Positions 53,065-64,000 of a DNA stretch of 64,000 bases are shown one piece after another. Origin of the DNA: Octopus vulgaris (lineage: Eukaryota); the NCBI GenBank assembly GCA_951406725.2, contig OX597820.1, positions 60,140,001-60,204,000 of the forward strand, read 5' to 3'. Each line of letters begins with the position of its first letter. Within the stretch, counting starts at the first letter, position 1. Below the pieces are notes generated by a model. The model saw nothing but the letters and a program-made list of their open reading frames with translations, was not told the origin of the DNA and ran no database searches. The translations under genes were made by a program, and so were the position numbers.

Positions 53065-53735
53065 GGATTTTGTATAATTATTTCTTTAGAATCTTCATCT
53101 CCTTTGAGAGATCCATCCTGAACGATTTATTTTCAGTTTCAGACAATTCATGTGTGTTAGTTAAAAAAACTATACGAGGAAGTAGAAAAAACTTTTGACC
53201 ATAGAAAAGTGGAAACACTTCCTTGATGACTGATGACTGCCTTATTTTTTGGGAGAAACCAAATGACGATCTACAAATATTCATTGACATTCCGAACATC
53301 ATTCACCCGTCTATTAAATTCGCTACAGAAACCAGTCGTAATGGTTTACTGTTCTTAGACATTCACGTAAAAATATGCGACTCACAGTAGCTACGAATAA
53401 ATACTATAAAAAATTTACACACATCAGTACTTGAATTTCTACGCTTGCTATCTTTCTCACATTAAACAGAACATTCCATATAGCATGGCAATACTATATG
53501 TATAATAATAACAATAGTTGTTGATCCGAAAATACGCTAAATTCGATTAAATGAACTAAAAGGCTTCATAAAAAAATAGAATTACCCCTTAAAATGAGTA
53601 AATAATGGAATTATAAAGGAGATGAAACTGGATACAACTTAAGACAACTAAGAAGGAAAATAAAGAAAATACTATTCCATTTATTAATATATATAACCCA
53701 GGATCGACCAACATATACCATACTATAAAAACACG
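53065..53735 (+). pseudogene. Penelope-like reverse transcriptase fragment
   Basis: DDCLIFWEKPNDDLQIFIDIPNIIHPSIKFATETSRNGLLFLDI..HQYLNF..HIKQNIPYS, typical of the PLE RT C-terminal and thumb region. Confidence 0.75.
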
Positions 53736-54005
53736 TTCGGATGGTGCTTTTTACGTTCCACTAGCACGGGGAGAGATTCAGGCGGCACTGGCATCGACCC
53801 ACACATGAATGGTACTTATTGCGCGCCACCAGCACGGGAGCCAATCAGGCGACACTGGCATCGGTCACAGCTACAATTTCCATCTTGATTGCGATTTGAT
53901 TGAGATTCGGCTTGTGATTTTTACACACATATAGACTCAAAACAACGAAGAAATCCTTTTCCAAATTCAACTCCAGATTTTTTCAACTAACACTCTCTCA
54001 CTCAT

Positions 54006-54117
<112 letters not shown>

Positions 54118-54271
54118 GGCATGAAAGCGCTAAATAAATAGTTATTCAAAGACTTGGTTACCGCTTTTTTTTAATATATAAAATCTGTACACCACTTCAA
54201 ACAATCTATACATACATACGCGCGCGCCCACACACACACACACACACAATCTATACACACATACACACACT

Positions 54272-54655
54272 CTTTTACTCTTTTACTTGTTTCAGTCATT
54301 TGACTGCGGCCATGCTGGAGTACCGCCTTTAGTCCAGCAAATCGACCCCAGGACTTATTCTTTGTAAGCCTAGTACTTATTCTATCGGTCTCTTTTGCCG
54401 AACCGCCAAGTTACGGGGACGTAAACATACCAGCATCGGTTGTCAAGCAATGTTGGGGACACACACAAACATATACACACACATACATTTATACGACGGG
54501 CTTCTTTCAGTTTCCGTCTACCAAATCCACTCACAAGGCTTTATCGGCCCGAGGCTATAGTAGAAGACACTTGCCCAAGGTGCCACGCAGTGGGACTGAA
54601 CGCAGAACCATGTGGTTGGTAAGCAAGCTACTTACCACACAGCCGCTCCTGCGCC
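54272..54655 (-). mobile_element. Complete SINE
   Basis: Reverse complement of the 33871 family with (TAAAAGAG)n tail. Confidence 0.85.
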
Positions 54656-54660
54656 TGTAT

Positions 54661-54714
<54 letters not shown>

Positions 54715-55925
54715 CACGCACATATGTATGTACGTATTTTTAAAATCTGCCGAGAATTGCGCCTCCAATGAATGAGATTATTAGTAGTTCCTATCTTTAT
54801 ACAGAATACTTTAAAGGATGTGTATAAATATATGTATGTGTGTGTGAGTGCATTTGTGTGTATGTGTGTGTGCGCGTGTGTGTGCATGCGTGTTTGTGTG
54901 TATGTGTGCATGCGTGTTTGTGTGTGTGTGTGTGTGTTTGCATTTTTGTAGAAAATTCAGGGGCCAACAAGTGCTTTATAATTAAATGTTAATTTAACTT
55001 GTAATGACTACATAAAAGTTATCGAAAATAAACGAAAGATTGTCTCGGTATTGTGTAGGTCGTCTTTTAGCTAATTTCACGGTTTTCAGAAAATGAGGCA
55101 TGGATATGATTTAATTATCAATGACACTCTGACTCATATTTGTCAATGCTTCGGTCAATGCTCCAATAAACGCTTTAATTTATGTACATTTAGTTGATCT
55201 TGCTCACAAACTTCTATGAAGTTGTTCCAAAACGTATTCTGTATAATAATTATCGGGGCTTTCAGTAACACATTCCAGGCATTCAATTTCATAAGTTCTT
55301 CCTAAGCTTGAAATATCTTAATTGCATCACATGGGACACCACATTTTTGTTAAAGCCTTCTTATACAGTTACTACTCTGGAATAGATTGGGTAGTTCAAG
55401 TATTTGACAGCATTTGAGGGCCATTTAAATGATTTTCAACACAAATGAGCTTTGATCTGTCTGTCATTCAAACTGTCCTCCTTAGCCTAACTTCGACTCG
55501 TCCACGTTTAACACATCAGCTCCTATGATTCATTTTGGTTGCCCCTCACATATATCTATCTTCAATAGGAAAATCGACAAAATTTATTACCGACGGATCA
55601 TATTGTTGATATATCATGAAAGGTAAATTATGCTACTGACGAAGCTCAACGAGACAGAAATGTACATCTAGCATTCTCACCGCTGCTGCTGGACGATTTT
55701 CGTCAGCTACTCATATAGCTTTGTGTTTTAAAACAGTACGTCCATAAAGGGTTTTATCTCCGGACAAATACTGCACATAATTTACCTTTCGATATGTACT
55801 TGCATTGAAACTAATACACAGAGGGTTAATATATATATATATATATATATAATAGACCTTTATATAAATAAATAACGTGAAATACACAAAGAGACGAACA
55901 AAAAGACAAACAGGTCATTCAAGCC

Positions 55926-55964
<39 letters not shown>

Positions 55965-55979
55965 TATTTACACTCTAAC

Positions 55980-56153
55980 TCTTTTACTCATTTACTTGTT
56001 TCAGTCATTTGACTGCGGCCATGCTGGAGCACCGCCTTTTGTCGACCCGAAGCTGTAGTAGAAGACACTTGCTCAAAGTGCCACGTAGTTGGACTGAACC
56101 CGGAACCATGTGGTTGGTAAGCAACCTACTTACTACTGAGCCACTCCTGCGCC
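55980..56153 (-). mobile_element. Internally deleted SINE
   Basis: Tail joined directly to head of the same family. Confidence 0.75.
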
Positions 56154-56202
<49 letters not shown>

Positions 56203-56207
56203 ACACA

Positions 56208-56270
<63 letters not shown>

Positions 56271-56568
56271 GTATATGTATGTATTTACATATATTTGCGC
56301 TGAATCTCGACAAAGCTATAAATAATAACATGTAAATATTAGGACCAAAAACCCTTTTGGACAGAAAAGCATTTTGTGCTTTCGGGATCCATTTTTCCCA
56401 AAAAAGAATTATTTCGAGTTGTCCCGAAAGTTTATGGAATTCTTATGATTAACATTATATTTGTGTGTGTGTGCATGTGTGTTTGAGTGTGTGTGTATGT
56501 GCGTGTGTGTGTGAGTGAGTGTATATGTATGTGCGTGTATGTAAATAAGTGAGTTTGTGTGTATATGC

Positions 56569-56640
<72 letters not shown>

Positions 56641-57198
56641 TAAATGAAAATTAGAGCAACAAAAATTAAAAATCAACTAACCGCTAAAATCTTTCTATAG
56701 GTCATTGTATCCGGTAAGAAGTAAAATGTCAAAATATTTTTAAGCTCCCCTCACCTATGCAAAGTATTTAACATCCGTGTTTGCAAAATAACAAAGAATA
56801 CATAAAGAAAAACAACTGAACTTTAAAAAAAATTTTTCTAAGTTTTTTTTTTTTTTTCGCATAGCGATGTACTACCCGTATTTACTTGTGAAATATTTTA
56901 TAGTGGATCTTGCGTTACATAAACTCAATGAAATATGTGTCTAGTAAATCTTGGCAATCTTACTCTAAATTTCGTAATGTCAAAAGGCCCACTGAAAAAT
57001 ATGTCATGCAGAGTAATAGTGAAGAAACGTCGATTTGTTTTCGTTCTCATAGTCATATAATCCCAAAGTTGTTTTAGGAAATATCTTTTTAATGTGTGAA
57101 ATTAAATATATTTTAATTTTCTGATATAATTAGTTTCTTAGCTATGCTACCAGTTGTCAGAATCACTGCAGGGTTCGTTTGCAGTTTGCATATTTGTA

Positions 57199-57772
57199 TT
57201 GGGTTGGCCGGAATGTTCGTGCCGATTTATAGTAGCTTACCTTTCGACTTATTTTAGAACATGTTCGAGTCGATAAAATAGGATTTGACTATACCTCCGT
57301 TTAGAGCACAGTTTAAGCTATCTTTTCGTGGAAGAAGGTTTATGTTTCTATAACCTGTGTTAATTCTGTAACCCTTTAAAATGGAAGATAAGAAAGTTCA
57401 TTTTCGGCACTTGATGCTTTTCTTTTTCCGTAAAGGGAAAAATGCCTCACAAGCAACCAAAGAAATATGTGCAGTTTACGGTGATGTTTCTTTATCCGAA
57501 AGAACTGTACAGAAGTGGTTCGCAAGGTTCCGAGCTGGAGATTGTAGCCTTATTGATAAAGAGCGATCATGCAGACCATCCACTACAGACGATGACCAAA
57601 CCAAGTCATTAATTGAGAATAAACCACATTGCACAACCCGAGAATTGGCAGGAAGCCTCAACCCATCAAAACTCGTCGTTCATGAGCACTTGGTAAAACT
57701 TGGGTAATAGCAAGTATTTATTGACCTTTTTATTTCCTTTAAAAATGGGCACGAACTTTCCGGACAACCCAA
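57199..57772 (+). mobile_element. mariner internal-deletion derivative
   Basis: TA target duplication; TIRs TTGGGTTGGCCGGAATGTTCGTGCC / GGCACGAACTTTCCGGACAACCCAA; ORF 57381-57707 encodes only the N-terminal HTH domains. Confidence 0.9.
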
Positions 57773-58019
57773 TAGTTCTGTTTAAAAGATCGGCAAATCA
57801 TATTTAATTGCAAGAAACTTGATGGAAACCAACAATTCGAAACTAGTTGATTCTTTGTCGACAGTTAGAGGTTACAATATCTTTGCTGACAATGAAGTGT
57901 TGTAATATCAAAATCCCTTTACATAAAAAAAAAAAAAAACTCAACAAATTCGATTAAGCTATACTAATAGCTAGATGCACGTACACTTAGGAAAGTAAAT
58001 AGATAACAATAAATCCTGT

Positions 58020-59367
58020 TTTCTTTTAAGAAGGGGTAATGTCCATGACTTTTGCAAACCCTCCCAAACAAGTGAGATTAATAGAATTGATATAGGAGAA
58101 ATACAGGTGAAAGATGATTCCAGTTCTGGGAAGGAAATACTAAACGAATTGTTTAATGCGGGGGTTGGTAGGTTTGAAATAGTGATGGGAGGACGATTGG
58201 ATTTCAATGGACTGAGTATGCAACTAGTTAGTTCAGAGGATTGGAGGCAATTCTATTAACATTAGAGTAGGTAAGACTGAAGGCATGTGGCTTAGTGGTT
58301 AGGGTATTCGACTTACGATCGAAAGGTCGTGAGTTCAATTTCCGGCGACTCATTGTGTCCCCGAGCAAGACACTTCATTTTACGTTGCTCCAGCTCACTC
58401 AGATGAATAGTACCTGTGTCTCACTTAATCTCCCTGAGAACTACATTAAGGATACACGTGTCTGTGCAGTTTTCAGCCACTTGCACGTTAATTTCACGAG
58501 CATGCTGTTCCGTTGATCGGATCAACTGGAACCCTCATCGTCGCAACCGACGGAGTGCCAGTTTAAAGAATAGGTAGGGAGAAGAAATAGCTTGTATAAT
58601 AGTTAGTGGTTGAAACTAACTATCCCAAGCATAAACTTAAGTTAAGTACTCTGACATGTTTCATGGATGTTTGGTTGTTGTTCAGAGACAAGCACCTTTT
58701 GCCCTTTTGATCACCAATTCCATATTGCAAGCATTCAATAAAATTCTGCTACTTCTATTTCTCAACACTATATAAAAGTAGTAGTCTAATTTTAAACTCT
58801 TCCTTTGTTTACGACCTAACAAGGCAACCGGTTCTTTCCATCACCATCGAATTTACGGTAAATTCTAAGCTTTACTATGTCTGAAGATCTCTTGTGGCCA
58901 CCACAAGAAATACTTAAGCTCTGATTAATTTCTGATCCTTCACAAAGCTCAAGTAACACCTATATTGCAATACTGGATACATTTTTGGGACTATATTGTT
59001 GCTACAAATATAAATATAATAGACTAAGACCTAAAGAAGGCCATCTCACGAAGCAGCAAAGATCTAATAACCAAGTTTCAAGCACTATTATACAAACTGT
59101 TTCTTCTCCCTGTCTGTTCTAATACTAATAGAATTAATTCTAATCCTCTGAACTAACTAGTTGCATACTCATTCCATTCAAATTCAATCGTCCCCCACCA
59201 TCACTATTTCAAACCTACCAACCCCTGCATTAAAAAATTCGTGTTGTATTTTCTTCCCAGAACTAGAACCATCTCACACCTATGTTTTTCTTATATCAGA
59301 CCCATTAATCTCACTTGTTCAGGAGGGATTGCAAAGGTCATGGACACTGCCCCTTCTTCATAAAAGG
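58020..59367. repeat. Long diverged inverted repeat (~300-bp arms), left arm interrupted by a SINE
   Basis: ~58020-58272 plus ~58568-58618 match the reverse complement of ~59073-59367 (mirror ORFs PTITISNLPTPAL). Confidence 0.8.
58279..58560 (+). mobile_element. tRNA-derived SINE inserted in the inverted-repeat arm
   Basis: A box TGGCTTAGTGG, B box GTTCAATTCC-like; flanked by imperfect duplication AGAGTAGGTA / AGAATAGGTA. Confidence 0.8.
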
Positions 59368-60566
59368 AAACCGCGTGAGAAAAATAAGTTGTGAGAATGG
59401 TAGAGAGAGAAGGAAAGCGTGAAAGAGGGGAGAATAGAGAGTAAGTGAGAGGGAAAGAGAGGGATAAGGAAAGTGAGAGAACGAGGGAAAGAGAGTCAAG
59501 GAAAGATACAAAGATCATATAATGTTGATACATGAACAACATATATCCTTTATTATTTTTGCACAAGGCCAACAGTTTTAAGGGGCAAGGAAGTCGGCTA
59601 CAGTACTCGACTGGTACTTGTTTTATAGACTCTGTAAGGATGAAAGACAAAGTCGACCTCGGCGGAATTTGAACTCAGAACGAAATGCCGGCAAGCATTC
59701 GGTGCTCTAACGATTCAGTATGCTTGCTGCCATATACATTAACAACACATGCCAGTGAACCCAACATACTGCAGGTCTATTTAGCTATTTTTGAAAGGTC
59801 TAAGAAACAAGAAGATGGAATTCGCTGGCTAGATGTTCTTAGTGAAATTGAAGCGACATTCTTGATACCTGTACAGCTTGTGAAGTTCCGTCAAAATCAG
59901 GATTAACTTTGCAATTGCTTCTTCGGAAAATGCTGCCACATTACTTCTACGGAGACCGGGCAACACATTTTGCTTTCAAGTCTCTTCTTAAACTCGTGTA
60001 CGTATGACGAAACCATTTGCAACATTGCTCAGAATTTGAGAACCGGATGAGTTCTTAAGCTGTTAGATGATTTTCTGGATTAAATACAGACTGGCACTCT
60101 AGAAAGTTCTGGAAACCCTGGAAATTGGAGAAGTTGTGAGAGAGCAGGGATCTAATGGATGTACTCACAGTAGTGTTTGTTGCCAGGTGACTTCAGGATT
60201 TTGTTCTGTCAAGATAAAATTCAATATGCGCGCGCGTGTGCGTGTGCGACGGAGAGTAGCGAATATAGTGGTTTGAGTGTGTAACTACAGGTTAGTAGGC
60301 GCAGGTGACAAAATCTAGTGCGTGTAAAAATAATGTCATTTTATTCACTACTACTTCTCAGTCAGCAATCAGTTCTCCACTTTTTATCTCATACATTATA
60401 CACCCTCCTTTCATATAAATCGCCTGCTTTCAATTTAGCTGACTCTAAAGCCTGCATTTGTCCCCACACCCACGTTAATAATCACCATATCCCATTGTTA
60501 TCTTCACCTTTCTTTTTATTTGTTTATAATTTATTGTAGTGGAAATACCGACCTCCTTTTAATATA

Positions 60567-60797
60567 CAGGGGTTGGACAAAATAATGGAAACATCTAAAA
60601 ATTTAAAATGAATTTTAATTACCTTTTTCTGATGATATCTGAAAAGAAACAATTATTTTAGCAAAACATATTAAACAACACTAATGATAAATAAAAAAAA
60701 CAAACTTAAAAATAAACAAGCTTTTGACGGTTTTATAGATATTTCTAAATTATGATGCTATGATGCGAGGTGTTTTCATTATTTTGTCCAACCCCTG
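60567..60797. mobile_element. Tc1-type MITE
   Basis: TA target duplication; TIRs CAGGGGTTGGACAAAATAATG / CATTATTTTGTCCAACCCCTG. Confidence 0.9.
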
Positions 60798-61459
60798 TAT
60801 GAGTCAAGTTTTTAATATTTTACACCTCTTGTTTAAAAAAAAAATCTTTCCCCTTTCTCTCCTCCTCGCTGCACCTTGTTATTCTTTTTTTTTTCATTAA
60901 ATATTGGCACAAATCTAACATATCTGTCTATCTAGCGTATCAGGTAACCATGTTAGGTCATTTGATAGGAAAATTCCCTGGTTACTAGTTTCGAGGGATA
61001 AGAGTTGATATGAGGTTTATAAGAGTTGATATGAGTTTTATTGAAAACTCTTGCAAGATCTTGTGTCCTTGGGAAGTCTTTCAATGAAAATTTTGGCATT
61101 CTATCGATTCCTGGCTTTTCCAGTTGTGTTACTTCTTAATACACCGTTCCCACTCTTATTTCCTGTTCTTATTATCTAATACGGTTTACATAAATGAATC
61201 TATAATAAGCAGTAAATATATTTTCACATAGTGAAATGTTTGGCAAACGTACTATATGGCATTTGTTTTGATTTATGTTTGTCAGGTCTACATCCGATTA
61301 ATGTACTCTGTCTAATATTAGTAACTCTATGTTGATTGCTGTGACACAAATGACAGCTAGACGTCAACTTGATAAACAAATCAACAGGCTTGTGAAATAT
61401 GTCACAAAATGATCTACTGAGAACAAGTTACTTATATCTATAATACCGTTTTAATAATC

Positions 61460-61913
61460 CCTTCTACTAAAAGCCTGAAATTATGCGAGAGGGGAGCAGT
61501 CGATTACATTGACCCTAGTGTTTCACTGGTACTTAATTTACAGGCCCCGAAAGGATGAAAAGCAAAATCGACATCGGTGGGATATAAACTCAGAAAGGAG
61601 CGATGGGCGAGATACCGCTAAGTATTTCGTCCGGCGTGTTAACGATTCTGCCAGTTCGCCGCCTTAATATATATATATATATTTTTTTTTACTACCCACA
61701 AGGGGCTAAACACAGAGGGGACAAACAAGGACAGACATAGTTATTAAGTCGATTACATCGACCCCAGTGCGTAACTGGTCCTTAATTTATCGACCTCGAA
61801 AGGATGAAGGGCAAAGTCGACCTCGGCGGAATTTGAACTCAGAATGTAACGGCAGGCGAAATACGGCTACGCATTTCGCCCGGCGTGCTAACGTTTCTGC
61901 CAGCTCGCCGCCT
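61460..61913 (-). mobile_element. Two Nin/Deu-domain SINEs in tandem
   Basis: Same family as 15305 and 17960. Confidence 0.8.
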
Positions 61914-62055
61914 AGATGGAAACTAAGTATCAAGTGTTGCAACTAAATACCATATCATCGTGATCGACGAGGAGTTCTTTTCCCAGACTTGCAGTGCTTT
62001 CTTCTTGAGGTGGGTCATTTTTTTTAAATATCATAATAGCAGAAACAGAAACAAA

Positions 62056-62280
62056 AGGCGGTGAACTGGTAGAAACATTAGCACGCCGGGCGAAATGCTT
62101 AGCGTTATCTCGTTTGCTGCTACGCTCTGAGTTCAAATTCTGCCGAGGTCGACTTTGCCTTTCATCCTTTCGGGGTCGATAAAATAAGTACCAGTTACGC
62201 ACTGGGGTCGATATAATCTGTTTGTCTGTCCTTGTTTGTCCCCTCTATGTTTAACCCCTTGTGGGAAGTAAAGAAATAAG
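62056..62280 (+). mobile_element. Nin/Deu-domain SINE, inverted relative to the preceding copy
   Basis: GGCGGTGAACTGGTAGAAAC..GTTCAAATTC..GTCGACTTTGCCTTTCATCC. Confidence 0.8.
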
Positions 62281-62329
62281 AAACAAGAAACAGTAACTAT
62301 GGAAGAAAAAAGAGGAGACAACTTTGACG

Positions 62330-62720
62330 GCCTAAGCTCATGATATTGAATGGTTCAAATAGGTGGCCATTCAACCTGACCACCGAGTAGATGTCGCTGT
62401 ACATTGAAAGACCAGGAAGCATCATGCAAGTGACTCAGCAAGGGCGACCTAAAGAAGAAGACCGAAAGCCTAATCATTGCTGCCCAGGATCAGGCTTTGA
62501 ATACCAACTCAGTGAAAAGGGGTATATACTACACAAGTGCACCGAACCTCTTCAGAATGTGTAGAACGAGGGTCGAAAGCGTGACTCACATTGTTAGTGC
62601 TGGTGAAAGTCTTGCACAGAAAGAGTACAAGCACAGACACGACAAGGTAGCCGAAAACCTTCACTGTACTAAAGATAAAGTAGGCATTGATTACGATAAG
62701 AGTTGATCGTGACATAGAAA
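62330..62720 (+). pseudogene. R4/Dong-like non-LTR retrotransposon fragment
   Basis: TESLIIAAQDQALNTN..RMC...ESVTHIVSA..LAQKEYKHRHDKVA (zinc knuckle and RHD motif of RLE-type LINEs). Confidence 0.75.
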
Positions 62721-63134
62721 TGGCCATCTGAAAGTCTGTACTAAAGCTCTGATATGCAACCCACAGGAGAGGCTCTCCGAACTAACTACATTAAACATCA
62801 TGAATGTCCGTAGATTTCCCGATTTTTGTAGTGATAAAACCAAAAAGCTCTCGTAAATCAGAAGCTTAGTAAAATTCGGCGGTTTCACATTTCTTTGCCT
62901 CTCACTCTAAGAAAATCAACGACTGAGTAAACGCAGTTAAAGACACGTTATTTGATTCATGTCCAAAGCAAACCAGAGACGCGTGTAGTTTCGGATAAAC
63001 TTACATCTCAATTTTCATTCAAGACCAATTCGTTCCTGTCTCTAGAGTAAGCCCTTAATGACTTTTGAATTTAGACACTATGAAAATCGATCTTTATATC
63101 CTATATCTCTACCAGTGAGTATCTGAAAATTCAT

Positions 63135-63485
63135 TTCCCAACCACAAGATCCCGGATTCAGTCCTACTGCGTGGCACCTTGGGTAAGTGTCTTCTATGGC
63201 CTCGAACCAACCAAACCCCTGAGAGTGGATTTGGTAGATGGAAACTGGAAGAAGTTCGTCGTATATAAGTATATCTATATATGTTTAGATGTGTGTCTTT
63301 GCGTCTGTGTTTGTCACCCCACCAAGTGCAGGTGTGTTTACGTCCCCGTAAATTAGCGGTTCGACAAAAGCGACTGATAAAACAAGTACGAGCCTCTAAA
63401 ATTTAAGTACAGTCAATATATTTGACTGAAAATTCTTTAAGGTGGTGCTCCAGCATGGCCACAGTTTAATGACTGAAACAAATGA
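63135..63485 (+). mobile_element. SINE
   Basis: GGCACCTTGGGTAAGTGTC core; GGTGCTCCAGCATGGCCACAG tail. Confidence 0.75.
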
Positions 63486-64000
63486 TAGAAGTGAAATATA
63501 CGTGCAGCCTTATACTATGAAACGATCGCGGGTTTCGTTCCTCTTTTATAATACGCGCATCCCGGTCTAATCCATAATAATCTTACACCACAACCAGGCT
63601 AAAACCCTGGAGATAGTATTTTACGTTTTACTTGTTTTAGTCACTGAACTGTGGCCATGCTGAAAGATGCAGTCAAACCAATCGACGCCATTACATTTTT
63701 TAAAAGTCTGGTACTTACTGTCTCTGTCTCTTTTGCCAAACTATGTTATGTGGATATATACAAGCCAACACCAGTTGTCAAAAGGAGCTGAAAGACAAAT
63801 ATAACACAAACATAAAGACACACACGAGCGTACCACGCAATGGAACCGAACCGAAAACCATATTGTTGGGAAACAAAGCTTTTCAAACTACACAGTTATG
63901 TCTGTATACTTTATTCATTCACAGGCATAGACAGGACGAGCAGACGACACTACTATTTGGAATATTGCATATAAACACAGCTGTCTTGTTGAAGAAATAT

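Noticed and set aside
58876-58925. CTGAAGA..hairpin..GAAA motif in the inverted-repeat spacer
   Set aside because: No convincing stem I, stem III or cleavage triplet

Overview
AT-rich, microsatellite-dense eukaryotic DNA; the SINE and microsatellite repertoire looks like an Octopus-type cephalopod genome (from recall, not a database search). One clear host gene is present: a rhodopsin-class, FMRFamide/peptide-receptor-like GPCR on the minus strand (37358-38311). The rest is mostly layered transposon debris: a Helitron 3' end, a hAT relic split by a decayed Mag-like Ty3/gypsy provirus, a second gypsy pol fragment, Tigger/pogo, mariner/Tc1 elements and MITEs, CR1, RTE, Tx1-like and R4/Dong-like LINE pieces, Penelope RT and GIY-YIG fragments, and many tRNA-derived SINEs. 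The most unusual signal is a set of non-coding elements abutting (TA)n tracts that carry minimal hammerhead ribozyme motifs with palindromic stem III. These include a ~610-bp palindrome with one hammerhead per arm, a hammerhead with a ~100-nt stem II, a tandem dimer, and retrozyme-like direct-repeat units, i.e. a probable microsatellite-targeting Penelope/retrozyme system. Most short ORFs in the ORF track are microsatellite or repeat artefacts. Coordinates were counted by eye and repeat boundaries are approximate.
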